Origin: Thalassobaculaceae bacterium | GTDB lineage: Bacteria > Pseudomonadota > Alphaproteobacteria > Thalassobaculales > Thalassobaculaceae | NCBI GenBank assembly: GCA_965228875.1 | Contig: OZ245843.1 | Span: forward strand, 4,198,616 to 4,262,615 | DNA length: 64,000 bases | Direction: 5' to 3' | Shown here: positions 30,930 to 39,904 of the stretch, one piece after another | Layout: the number at the start of each line of letters is the position of its first letter | Position numbering within the stretch: position 1 is the first letter of the stretch | Notes under the pieces: generated by a model | Databases searched by the model: none | Told to the model about the DNA's origin: nothing | The model's input: only the letters and a program-made list of their open reading frames with translations | Translations under genes and position numbers: made by a program

Positions 30930-31032
30930 AAAAAAGGCCGCACGAACAGCGCCGTGAGAAACTCACGACTGTTCGAGCAACCTTGCTCAGAACCCGCAGC
31001 ATTGTGGGAAGCGGCGCCGGACGACGTTGCCC
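30930..31032 (-). promoter_or_regulatory. ANTAR (NasT)-responsive leader: three A1/G4 hexaloop hairpins and an overlapping intrinsic terminator
   Basis: mRNA hairpins GGGC-AACGUC-GUCC, CCCAC-AAUGCU-GCGGG and GAGC-AAGGUU-GCUC. Terminator stem GGUUGCUCGAACAG.../...CUGUUCGUGCGGCC is followed by U6. Confidence 0.85.
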
Positions 31033-31119
31033 TGCGCTGCAATTACGATGGCAGTATTGCAGCGCAGCATCAAGCGGAAAATCGTCGAACCTTGGCGACA
31101 GGCAAACAGATGCGACTCG

Positions 31120-32298
31120 TCAGACCGACAGGTCCGGGTCGAAAACTTTGTGATCAAAGAAGAAATCCGGCCCCAGCACCATCTGTCCGCGGGACGAACC
31201 GACGGCGACGCGCTCCGTCAGGCTCCCCTCGAGCTTCTCCGACGCCGCGGGCAACTCCGCTCCCAGCGGGCCCAGGACGGAGCGGTAGAGGTCGGAGCGG
31301 AAACAGCCTCGCGCCACGGCCACGGAATCGGCCCGGTCCATGCCGGTGCGCGCCGACAGGCGGGTCGCGATCCAGGCCGCCTGGCTGCGCCACGGAAAAC
31401 TGGCGGCGCATTCGAAGAACTCGAGGAACTGCGGGACCTGGCGCTCCGTGCCGTCGGTGCTGACCTCCAGCCGGCCGGTGAGCGCCCGGTCGATGATCTC
31501 GGTCGAGACGTCGACATAGCCCGGTCGGCTCAGCAGTTCCGAGGCGATGACGAGATTGTCCGGCACCGCGAGCCAGCGCGCCGCCCGCCAGACCGCCCGC
31601 ATCAGGGCGCCGGCCAGGTCCGGTCGCTCCTCGCTCCACGCCCGGCGAACGGTCAGGACCTTCTCCGGCGCGAACCGCCAGATCGCGCAGCCCGGCACCA
31701 CCATCTCGGCGACACCCGCTTCCACCGCGATGCTGCCCCAGGGCTCGCCGACGCAGAACGCGTCGATCTCGCCGGCGGCGACGGCGTCGGCCATGCGCGG
31801 CGGTGGCACGGTGCGCACGTCGAGTTCCTTCGGCGCTTCCAGGCCGAGCGCCTGCAGCCAGTAGTACAGCAGCTCCGCATGCATGGAGAACGGGAAGGGC
31901 ACGCCGATCCGCAGGCGCCTGTCCGCCGCCTGGATCAGCGCAGTTCCCGCCGCCGCCGCATCGAGGAAATCCCGCTCGCCGCCGAGCGCGCGCATCCGCG
32001 CGGACAGGTCCCTGGAGACGCCGATCGTGTTGCCGTTCACCGACAGGACCAGCAGGACGTCGAGCGGCACGGACATTCCGCCGAGCCCCATCGACATTGC
32101 GATGGGAACGGGGGCCAGCATGTGGGCGGCATCGAGAACGCCGAGCGCGAGCTTGTCCCGGATCGCCGACCAGGTCGGTTCCTTGTGCAGGACGAGATCG
32201 AGTCCCTCCTCCTCGGCGAACCCCATCTCGCGCGCCACGACGAGGGCCGCGCAGTCGACCAGCGGGATGAACCCGCAGTTCAGCGTCGCCAGCTTCAT
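31120..32298 (-). CDS. nasS: Cytoplasmic nitrate sensor (NrtA-like, no signal peptide)
   Basis: GFIPLVDCA, FPFSMH, VPPPRM, CVGEPWG, APEKV, FPWRSQA; coupled to nasT. Confidence 0.88.
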   Translation of the reverse strand: MKLATLNCGFIPLVDCAALVVAREMGFAEEEGLDLVLHKEPTWSAIRDKLALGVLDAAHMLAPVPIAMSMGLGGMSVPLDVLLVLSVNGNTIGVSRDLSARMRALGGERDFLDAAAAGTALIQAADRRLRIGVPFPFSMHAELLYYWLQALGLEAPKELDVRTVPPPRMADAVAAGEIDAFCVGEPWGSIAVEAGVAEMVVPGCAIWRFAPEKVLTVRRAWSEERPDLAGALMRAVWRAARWLAVPDNLVIASELLSRPGYVDVSTEIIDRALTGRLEVSTDGTERQVPQFLEFFECAASFPWRSQAAWIATRLSARTGMDRADSVAVARGCFRSDLYRSVLGPLGAELPAASEKLEGSLTERVAVGSSRGQMVLGPDFFFDHKVFDPDLSV

Positions 32299-32879
32299 TT
32301 CAGCAGGTCCGACGCGGTGACCAGGGCCGAGGCGACGTCGGCGACTTTCCGCCCCTGGTCCATCGCCGTCTTGCGCAGCAGCGCGTAGGCTTCCTCCTCC
32401 GACACGCCCTTGGCCTTCATCACCAGCCCCTTGGCGCGATCGATCGTCTTGCGCTCGGCGAGTGCGGCCTTGGTCGCCTCCAGTTCGGCCCGCATCCGCG
32501 AGATCATGTGGAACCGGGTGATGGCGGCGTCCAGGATCGGCTTGATCCGCTCCTTGCGCAGGCCGTCGACGATGTAGGCGCTTACCCCGGCCTCGATCGC
32601 GGCCTTGGTGGTCGTGTCGTCGCTTCGGTCGACGAACATCGCCACCGGCCGCTCCATCGGGCCGGAAGCGAGGGTGAACTCTTCCAGGACGTCGCGGTCG
32701 GGATTCTCGAGGTCGATCAGCACGACATCGGGATTCAGGGTGGCGAGCTTGCGGGCGAGTCCGGTCTCGTCGCCGAGAACCGTGACCTCATGGTCCCCCG
32801 CTTCGCGCAGGCCGTCGATGATCTGCAGGGCGCGATCCCTGTCACGCTCGACGACGGCGATCTTCAAACCAGTAGCCAA
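32295..32879 (-). CDS. nasT: ANTAR-domain antiterminator (pseudo-receiver + ANTAR)
   Basis: AGVSAYIVDG, ERKTIDRAKGLVM...EEEAYALLRKTAM. Start uncertain (TTG 32879 or GTG 32903). Confidence 0.9.
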   Translation of the reverse strand: MATGLKIAVVERDRDRALQIIDGLREAGDHEVTVLGDETGLARKLATLNPDVVLIDLENPDRDVLEEFTLASGPMERPVAMFVDRSDDTTTKAAIEAGVSAYIVDGLRKERIKPILDAAITRFHMISRMRAELEATKAALAERKTIDRAKGLVMKAKGVSEEEAYALLRKTAMDQGRKVADVASALVTASDLLK

Positions 32880-32981
32880 TCCGACCCCGCAACCTGAGTG
32901 CACCCCGTCATGTTGCGCTGCACAATGTGATTATGCAACCGCGACGGTCGGCGCGGGGGCGCTGTCAGCCGGAGCCGGAGT

Positions 32982-34109
32982 TCAGTCCGCCGACCCCTCC
33001 CGGTCGAGCGGTCCATGCTGGCCGACCGCCGGTACCGGCCCGTAGCGCCGCTCCTGTCCCATGACGACCGGCGCCGGTGCCGGCAGGGCGACGGGCCCGG
33101 CCGGCGTGTCGACGGAGATCCGCCGCAGGTGGGGGTGGCCCGACAGCGCCGCCATGTCGTTGACCGAGGCGAAGGCGATGTCGGCCTCGAGCAGGCGCGC
33201 CTGCGCGGTGGCGGCGTCCATTCCGGCGAAAGCGGCGGCGACCATGGCGTCGGTCTGGTCCCGGTTGCGCACCCGGATGACGTTGGTGGCGAAGCGCGGA
33301 TCCTCGGTCAGGCCTTCATCGCCGAGGAACACGGCGCAGAACTTGGCCCACTCCCGTTCGCTCTGGATCGAGATGAGGAGCTGCTTGCCGTCGGCGGTCG
33401 TGAACACCCCATAGGGCGCGATCGACGGGTGGGCCAGGCCGATGCGCGTCGGCGGCGTGCCGGCCTCCTGGTGCAGCAGTGGCACGGTCAGCCAGTCGGC
33501 CATCACGTCGAACATCGACACCCGGATGTCGGCGCCCTTGCCGGTCGTCGCCCGGGCGACCAGCGCTTCGAGGATGGCGGCATGGGCGGTGGCGCCGGTG
33601 GCGATGTCGACGATGGAGATGCTGACCCGCGCCGGTTCGCCCGGACCGCCGGTGATCGACGCCAGGCCGGATTCCGCCTGGATCAGCAGGTCGTAGGCCT
33701 TGCGGTCGGCCAGGGGGCCGCTCTCTCCGTAGCCGCTGATCGAGCAGGCGATCAGCCGGGGATTGGTCGCGATCAGGCTCTCGATCCCGAAGCCGAGCCG
33801 TTCCATCGCGCCCGGTTTCAGGTTCTGCACCAGGATGTCGGCGTCGGCGATCAGGGCACCCAGCGTCGCCTTGCCGTCGGCCGAGGCAAGGTCGAGTACA
33901 AGGGATTCCTTCCCCCGGTTCAGCCAGACGAAATAGCTGCTCTGGCCTGCCGCGGCGGCGTCGTAGCCGCGCGCGAAATCGCCGTCCGGCCGTTCGATCT
34001 TGATGACCCGGGCGCCGGCATCGGCGAGCCTCGCCGAGCAGAAGGGAGCGGCCACGGCCTGTTCGACCGCGATCACGGTCAGGCCGGCGAGCGGCAGAGA
34101 AACGGACAT
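32982..34109 (-). CDS. CaiB/BaiF family III CoA-transferase
   Basis: EQAVAAPFC, LADAGARVIKIERPDGDFAR, NRGKES, KAYDLLIQAESG. Confidence 0.92.
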   Translation of the reverse strand: MSVSLPLAGLTVIAVEQAVAAPFCSARLADAGARVIKIERPDGDFARGYDAAAAGQSSYFVWLNRGKESLVLDLASADGKATLGALIADADILVQNLKPGAMERLGFGIESLIATNPRLIACSISGYGESGPLADRKAYDLLIQAESGLASITGGPGEPARVSISIVDIATGATAHAAILEALVARATTGKGADIRVSMFDVMADWLTVPLLHQEAGTPPTRIGLAHPSIAPYGVFTTADGKQLLISIQSEREWAKFCAVFLGDEGLTEDPRFATNVIRVRNRDQTDAMVAAAFAGMDAATAQARLLEADIAFASVNDMAALSGHPHLRRISVDTPAGPVALPAPAPVVMGQERRYGPVPAVGQHGPLDREGSAD

Positions 34110-35272
34110 CAGAAAGACCTCGGTAGATCCAGAACGTGTTCGGCAACATAGCTCAGGATCAGGTTGGTCGAAATCGGCGCGACCTGATACAGCCGGGTTT
34201 CGCGGAATTTGCGCTCGACGTCGTACTCGTTGGCGAATCCGAAGCCGCCGTGGAACTGGATGCAGGCGTTCGCTGCTTCCCAGGACGCCTTGGCGGCCAG
34301 GTACTTGGCCATGTTCGCCTGGGCGCCGCAGGGCTGTCCGGAATCGTAGAGCCGGCAGGCCTCATAGCGCATCAGGTTGGCCGCCTCGACCTCGATGAAG
34401 CTCTCGGCGATCGGGAACTGGACACCCTGGTTCTGGCCGATCGGGCGGCCGAACACGACCCGTTCGCGGGCATAGGCGGCGACCTTGTCGACGAACCAGT
34501 ATCCGTCGCCGATACACTCGGCGGCGATCAGCGTGCGCTCGGCGTTGAGGCCGGTGAGGATGTACTTGAAGCCCTGGCCCTCCTCGCCGATCAGGTTGTC
34601 GGCCGGGATCTCGAGGTCGTCGAAGAACAGCTCGTTGGTCTCGTGGTTGACCATGTTGGCGATCGGCCGCACGGTCATGCCGTTGTCCACCGCCTCGCGG
34701 AGGTCGACCAGGAAGATCGACAGGCCCTCCGACTTCTTCCTCACCTGGTCCAGCGGCGTCGTGCGCGCCAGCAGGATCATCAGGTCGGAATGCTGCACCC
34801 GGGAGATCCAGACCTTCTGGCCGTTGATGACGTACCGGTCGCCCCGACGCACGGCCGTCGTCTTGATCTTGGTCGTGTCGGTGCCGGTCGTTGGTTCGGT
34901 GACCCCCATGGACTGAAGCCGCAGCTCGCCGCTGGCGATCTTCGGCAGGTAGGTCGATTTCTGCCGGTCCGAGCCGTGCCGGACCAGGGTGTTCATGTTG
35001 TACATCTGGCCGTGGCAGGCGCCGGAGTTTCCGCCGGCCCGGTTGATCTCCTCCATGATCACCGAGGCTTCGGTCAGGCCGAGGCCGGACCCTCCGTATT
35101 CCTCGGGAATCAGGGCCGCCATCCAGCCGCCGGCGGTCAGGGCGTCGACGAATTCTTCCGGGTAGCGACGCTCGGCGTCGACCTGTCGGTGATACTCGGC
35201 CGGAAAATCGGCGCACAGCGCGCGCACGGCCTCGCGGATCTCGTCGAACTCCGATCCGATGGTGGTCTGCAT
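34109..35272 (-). CDS. Acyl-CoA dehydrogenase family protein
   Basis: GVTEPTTGTD, NGQKVWIS, LNAERTLIA, FHGGFG, YQVAPIS. Confidence 0.92.
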   Translation of the reverse strand: MQTTIGSEFDEIREAVRALCADFPAEYHRQVDAERRYPEEFVDALTAGGWMAALIPEEYGGSGLGLTEASVIMEEINRAGGNSGACHGQMYNMNTLVRHGSDRQKSTYLPKIASGELRLQSMGVTEPTTGTDTTKIKTTAVRRGDRYVINGQKVWISRVQHSDLMILLARTTPLDQVRKKSEGLSIFLVDLREAVDNGMTVRPIANMVNHETNELFFDDLEIPADNLIGEEGQGFKYILTGLNAERTLIAAECIGDGYWFVDKVAAYARERVVFGRPIGQNQGVQFPIAESFIEVEAANLMRYEACRLYDSGQPCGAQANMAKYLAAKASWEAANACIQFHGGFGFANEYDVERKFRETRLYQVAPISTNLILSYVAEHVLDLPRSF

Positions 35273-35312
35273 CCGTGGTCTCCAGGTGGGGGCGCCGGCG
35301 CGTGGTGGCCGG

Positions 35313-35909
35313 TCAGGTCGGGGCGAAGCCGAGGGCGCTGCGCATCCTGTTCTTGACATGGACCCCGTCGCGCGGCGGCAGGACGCGGGGCGCGTTCTGC
35401 GCCGCCACCTTGACGGTCGCCAGCCGGGGGCCGTCGCGGTCGGTCAGCCGGGCGCGGAGCGCGTCGATTCCGTCGAGGTCGCGGATCACGCCGCTCCAGG
35501 CGAAGCCCAGGCTGGCGGCGACCCGGTCGATCTCCACCCCGAGGCCGGCATGGCTCGCCTGCATTCCGGTTTCGCCGAAATGGCCGTTGTCGATCACCGC
35601 GACGGTCAGGTTGGCGGGCCGGCGCACCGCGATGGTCGCCAGCGACCCCAGGGCCATCATGAGTTCCCCGTCGCCGGTCACCACCAGCACCGGTCGTTCC
35701 GGACGCGCGGTCGCCAGGCCGAGACCGACGGTCGCCGCGCTGCCCATGGCGGCCCAGAGGTAATAGTTGTTGTCGTGGTCGCCCGCGGCCATGACGTCGT
35801 ACGACGCCGAGCCGAGGCCGGAGACCACCAGCAGATCGCCGCGATCGGCCAGCAGCCGCGCGACGGCGGCCCGGCGGTCGAGCGTGCCGTCCGGCGTTAC
35901 TGCACCCAT
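35313..35909 (-). CDS. TPP-dependent decarboxylase beta subunit (ComE / phosphonopyruvate decarboxylase-like)
   Basis: AMGSA and TPP motif GDGELMM...DNGHFGETG. Confidence 0.85.
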   Translation of the reverse strand: MGAVTPDGTLDRRAAVARLLADRGDLLVVSGLGSASYDVMAAGDHDNNYYLWAAMGSAATVGLGLATARPERPVLVVTGDGELMMALGSLATIAVRRPANLTVAVIDNGHFGETGMQASHAGLGVEIDRVAASLGFAWSGVIRDLDGIDALRARLTDRDGPRLATVKVAAQNAPRVLPPRDGVHVKNRMRSALGFAPT

Positions 35910-36439
35910 TGCTTCTCTCCGATCAGGCGTTGGCCGAGCAGCAGCGCGCAGGCCTCGTCGCCGTTGAAGGCCATGGTGGCGGCCCCGTGCAGCAGCGGCG
36001 CGACATCCTCCGCGACATCGGCGCGCCAGGTTTTCACCCCCATGAGGCGGAGCGCCGGTTCGGTGGCTTGGCCCATGGGATTCTGCCAGCCGTTGAACTC
36101 CGCCCAGTCGCCGCGCATCGTGACCACCGCGAGCAGCGGAAACCGGCCGCAGGCGGTCAGGCCCAGGGTGTTGATGCAGTTGCCGACCCCGCTCGACTGC
36201 ATCAGCAGTGCGCCGCGTTCGCCACCGAGCCAGGCACCGGCGAGATAGCCGATCCCCTCCTCTTCGGTCGTCAGCACGACGGAGTGGATCGCGTTATCGG
36301 CCTCGGCCAGCCGAATCGCCGTCGAGTGACCGGCGTCGGGAACGTAGACGATGTGTCGGATGTCGTGGCGTTTGAGAACGTGGAACACGTCCTCCTGCCA
36401 GCCGCCGGCGGACCGGGTCTCGGCCAAGGCCGTACTCAT
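35897..36439 (-). CDS. TPP-dependent decarboxylase alpha subunit (ComD-like)
   Basis: YVPD, TTEEEGIG, MQSSGVGNCIN, MRG...E...WQNPMG. Confidence 0.85.
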   Translation of the reverse strand: MSTALAETRSAGGWQEDVFHVLKRHDIRHIVYVPDAGHSTAIRLAEADNAIHSVVLTTEEEGIGYLAGAWLGGERGALLMQSSGVGNCINTLGLTACGRFPLLAVVTMRGDWAEFNGWQNPMGQATEPALRLMGVKTWRADVAEDVAPLLHGAATMAFNGDEACALLLGQRLIGEKQWVQ

Positions 36440-36548
36440 GTCGCTCTCCTGATGGTGAACCGAAGCCGGCGGAGAGGATGACGGGCCCTCAGCGATAAAT
36501 CGAAGACATGTTCAATAGATCAGATATGCTGAATTGGTATCGAAATCT

Positions 36549-37493
36549 TCAGCCTCCCTTGGCGTCGGCTTCGAGCATGTGGCCCTGCCAGACCCCACGG
36601 CGGACCAGGTCGGCGGCGACGTCGGCGAAAGCGTCGCCGACGAAGCGTGCGGCCGGGCTCACCGGCCGGTCGGCGGCGTAGGCCACGACCAGCTTGCGGG
36701 CGGGCGTGGGGTCGACGAGCGGGACCGCCGACAGCACTCCGGCCTCGACCAGGGCGTAGATCGGGGCCAGCGGCAGGACCGTCGACCCGAGGCCGTTGCG
36801 TACCAGATCGATCATCACGCCGAAGGAGTCCGCCTCGACATCGGACCGCAGCGCGATCCGCGCCTGCCGGGCGCAGTCGTCCAGAATCCGCCGCAGGCCG
36901 TGGCGCGGGCTCGGCAGGACGAGATCCTCTCCGGCCAGACGCGCGAACGGCACGGCGGCACCGGCGCCCGAGCCGTCGGCGCCGGCGGTGACGAAGAGCA
37001 GGTTCTCGATCATCGTCGGTACGATCCGCAGCGACCGCGTCGGTTGCGGGTCGTAGGACACGGCCACGTCGAGTTCGCCGCGCTGCAGCCAGTCCAGCAG
37101 GTGGCCGCTGAACGCCGAGGAGAAGCGGACCCGCAGCCGAGGGTGGGCATCGCGGATGCGGCGGACCAAGGGGGCGGTGACGACCTCGGCCACTGTCGGG
37201 GTGGTGCCCACCGTGACGGTCCCACGGAACGATGTCCGCCCCTCCGACGCGGTGTCGCGCATGGCCTCCAGCTCGGCCAGGATCCGCGACGCGTGGTCGA
37301 GGATCTCGCGACCGCTGTCGGTGATGGTCATGCCCCGGCCATGGCGATCGAACAGCCGGACGCCGAGTTCCTCCTCAAGCAGCTTGATCTGGCGGCTGAG
37401 GGCGGGTTGAGCGATGTGCAGGCGGTCCGCCGCCTTGCTCAGGCTGCCGAGTTCGGCGACGTGGATCAGGGTCTTGAGCTGGGTGAGTTCCAT
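36549..37493 (-). CDS. LysR-family transcriptional regulator
   Basis: GSLSKAADRLHIAQPALSRQIKLLEEELG helix-turn-helix. Confidence 0.95.
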   Translation of the reverse strand: MELTQLKTLIHVAELGSLSKAADRLHIAQPALSRQIKLLEEELGVRLFDRHGRGMTITDSGREILDHASRILAELEAMRDTASEGRTSFRGTVTVGTTPTVAEVVTAPLVRRIRDAHPRLRVRFSSAFSGHLLDWLQRGELDVAVSYDPQPTRSLRIVPTMIENLLFVTAGADGSGAGAAVPFARLAGEDLVLPSPRHGLRRILDDCARQARIALRSDVEADSFGVMIDLVRNGLGSTVLPLAPIYALVEAGVLSAVPLVDPTPARKLVVAYAADRPVSPAARFVGDAFADVAADLVRRGVWQGHMLEADAKGG

Positions 37494-37687
37494 GCCGGTG
37501 TCCGTTCTTCCGCGGCGCCTCTCATATCGAGCTGGGTTATCGCTCTGTCAGTCAATATACCCGATGGATATGTCGGTCGCGCGTTCTGTGCGGGGCCGGT
37601 CTGGACGCGGTGACGGACGCCACCATCTATGAGTGGGGCGCCGGTTTCGGCGACCCGCCGCGGCAGGGGCGAAACCCAGGGAGTGAG

Positions 37688-38530
37688 ATGATCAAGAAAA
37701 TCCTTCTCGTCGCGCCGGAGGATCCGCGCACGTCGAGCCATGTGCGCACCGCGCTGTCCATCGCCCGCCGCAACGGGGCGTCGATCACCGGTTTCGTCGC
37801 GGTCGACACCGATCAATTGTCGCAGGTCGGTCCGGCCCCGGCCGGCGCGTTCTCCTATCGCTACTCCCTGGTGCAGAACCGGGTGGCGCGCGGCCTGAGC
37901 ACGGCCCGGGAAGCCGTCGTACGGCTGCGCGAGATCTGCGCCGACGCCGAGGTACCGTTCATCGCCGAGGAGGAGACCGGCCGTCAGGATGCCCGTCTCT
38001 CGGATGCCTGGCGCTTCCAGGATCTGGCGGTGCTGTCGAATCAGGTCTGGGCTCCCGGCGAGCGGGAAGCCGGCGACGCCGAGACCCTGCTGCATTTCGT
38101 CGCCATGGGGCTGCGCCCACTACTCGTCGTGCCCCAGGGGTACGAGGGCGAGCCGCGCAAGGCGCTGGTGGCGCTGTCGGGATCGCTGGAGAGCGCCAAG
38201 GCACTGAAGCATTTCGTGCAGATGCGCCCGTTCGGCGCGATCCCGCTTCATATCGTTACCGTCGGCGAGCCGAAATCGGCGGAGGCGCCGGAGCGGCTGC
38301 TGCGCGACGCGGCCGCTTATGCGGAACTCCACGGGTTCGAGGTGTCCACGGCGATCCTGCCGACCTCGAACACGCGGGTGCAGGCGATCCTCGATCACGG
38401 CACCGCGGTCGGGGCCGATGCTTACGTCATCGGCTCCTCCTACCGGCATTTCCTGGTTTTCACGCGGTTCGGAACCCACGCCACGGGGATCCTCGGCCGG
38501 TCGCGGTACCCGGTCTTCGTCTCGCACTGA
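37688..38530 (+). CDS. Universal stress protein (tandem USP domains)
   Basis: MIKKILLV..., RPLLVVP, ALVALSGSLESAKAL, VIGSS...FGTHATGIL...PVFVSH; GGGAG RBS. Confidence 0.85.
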   Translation: MIKKILLVAPEDPRTSSHVRTALSIARRNGASITGFVAVDTDQLSQVGPAPAGAFSYRYSLVQNRVARGLSTAREAVVRLREICADAEVPFIAEEETGRQDARLSDAWRFQDLAVLSNQVWAPGEREAGDAETLLHFVAMGLRPLLVVPQGYEGEPRKALVALSGSLESAKALKHFVQMRPFGAIPLHIVTVGEPKSAEAPERLLRDAAAYAELHGFEVSTAILPTSNTRVQAILDHGTAVGADAYVIGSSYRHFLVFTRFGTHATGILGRSRYPVFVSH

Positions 38531-38558
38531 CCGGCGCGGGCGCGGGCGCGCGGAGGGA

Positions 38559-38588
38559 GTCGGGCGGGGCCTTGTCACCCCGCCCGAC
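38559..38588. terminator. Hairpin between convergent genes
   Basis: GTCGGGCGGGG / CCCCGCCCGAC 11-bp stem. Confidence 0.6.
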
Positions 38589-38601
38589 CCGGTGAGCACG
38601 A

Positions 38602-39633
38602 TCAGTCGCTCTTCGTGTGGTTGTGGCCGGTGCCATGGCCGCTGCCGTGGCCGTGTCCGCCTCCATGGCTGCCATGATCGCCGTGTCCGCCCATCGCGCC
38701 GACGGGACCGACGGTGACGGTCACCGTCACGTCGCCGGCCTTCTCGAACACCAGGGTGAGGGGGAAGCTCTCGCCTTCCTTCAGCGGCGCCTTCAGGCCC
38801 ATGAACATCACGTGATCGCCCCCCGGCGCCAGCGTCGCCGCACCGTTGGCGGGCACGTCGATGGCCTCGACCTCGCGCATCCGCATCACCCCGTTCTCGT
38901 TCAGGTGGGTATGCAGCTCGGTTCGCTCCGCGACGTCGGACCTGACCGCGATCAGCCGGTCGGCCACGTCGGACGCGTTGCTGACGGTGAGGAAGGCGGC
39001 GCCATTGCGGGCGCGTCCGGCGGAGGCGCGGGCGAACGGCGCCTCGACCGTCAGCGTGCCATGGTTGGCCGCATGGCCGGATCCGTGATTGTGGCTGTGT
39101 GCGTCATGCTTGGCATCCGCGACCTGCAGCATCGGCGCCGGATGGGCGAGCGCGTGGGGATCCTGGCCGGCGGCGGGGATTTCGACCCAGGCGACCTGCT
39201 GGCCGTCCGGGCAGTCCTGCACCGTCGGGAAGGCGACGGACCGGCCGGCCAGGCCGCCGGTGACCCGCGCGCGGAAGACGAACTCGTCGTAGAACGCGTC
39301 CGGCAGCTCACCGCCGGACCAGCGGATCCGGCGCACGCCCTCGCTCATCGGCGTGCCGTAGTAGTCGTAGGTCGTCGCGTAGGCCCCGCGCTCGACCTCC
39401 AGCGTCCATCCGGCCTTCGGCATCGGCTTGGCGGCGATGACGCCTTCGGGGATGTCGATGGTGACGGCGTTGGTCGGCAGGCCGTCGCAGCCGTGCGGGA
39501 TGCGCATCACCGCCTTGTAGGTCGTGTTGGCGGCTACCTGTCCCGTCTCCAGGGTGGCATGGGCGAACGCCTGCTGAACCGGCAGGGCGAGACTCAGCAG
39601 GGCGAGAGCGGTGACGACAGTCTTGTCTGTCAT
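38602..39633 (-). CDS. Periplasmic copper chaperone fusion: YcnI/DUF1775 + PCu(A)C with His-rich linker and tail
   Basis: Signal AFA-H gives an N-terminal His. PHGCDG, KPMPKAGW and DEF mark YcnI; ELHTH...MRM...PGGDHVM marks PCuAC; tail GHGDHGSHGGGHGHGSGH. Confidence 0.88.
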   Translation of the reverse strand: MTDKTVVTALALLSLALPVQQAFAHATLETGQVAANTTYKAVMRIPHGCDGLPTNAVTIDIPEGVIAAKPMPKAGWTLEVERGAYATTYDYYGTPMSEGVRRIRWSGGELPDAFYDEFVFRARVTGGLAGRSVAFPTVQDCPDGQQVAWVEIPAAGQDPHALAHPAPMLQVADAKHDAHSHNHGSGHAANHGTLTVEAPFARASAGRARNGAAFLTVSNASDVADRLIAVRSDVAERTELHTHLNENGVMRMREVEAIDVPANGAATLAPGGDHVMFMGLKAPLKEGESFPLTLVFEKAGDVTVTVTVGPVGAMGGHGDHGSHGGGHGHGSGHGTGHNHTKSD

Positions 39634-39649
39634 GGTCGGAAACCTTTCT

Positions 39650-39811
39650 TCAGATGCCCATCAGGGCGAAGCTCAGGATGGCGGCGAGCGTGAGGAGGCC
39701 CTCGCTCACCAGGCGAATGTGGAAATTGCGGTCGAGGTCTCTGGCTCCGGGCGCGGGCAGGCGACTGCCGGCCAGGGCGAAGGACCGGACCCGGATCGTC
39801 AGATCGGTCAC
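39650..39811 (-). CDS. Putative small membrane peptide (53 aa), unannotated
   Basis: AAGGAG RBS 9 nt before GTG. Sequence MTDLTIRVRSFALAGSRLPAPGARDLDRNFHIRLVSEGLLTLAAILSFALMGI. Stop lies 16 nt before the next ATG. Confidence 0.6.
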   Translation of the reverse strand: MTDLTIRVRSFALAGSRLPAPGARDLDRNFHIRLVSEGLLTLAAILSFALMGI

Positions 39812-39822
39812 GGGAGTCTTCT

Positions 39823-39904
39823 CCTTCACACGGGATCGCGCGGCCCGCCGGCGTCTCTCGGACGCGTCGGCTCGGGCCGCCTCGTGGCGATCAGGCGTGG
39901 AAGG
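39823..39904 (-). promoter_or_regulatory. Long mRNA hairpin sequestering a Shine-Dalgarno (translational attenuator)
   Basis: Nested pairings CCUUC/GAAGG, CACG/CGUG, GAUCGC/GCGAUC, GCGGCCCG/CGGGCCGC and GCGUC/GACGC link the last DUF2946 codons to the downstream RBS. Confidence 0.7.

Noticed and set aside
17344..31463. Very long plus-strand ORFs (1072, 729, 1340, 791 aa) antisense to the nas genes
   Set aside because: Typical stop-poor antisense frames of high-GC coding DNA; no recognisable motifs.
37610..37687. Upstream extension or structured RNA before the USP gene
   Set aside because: Only short GC hairpins expected by chance; a better RBS and USP N-terminus occur at 37688.
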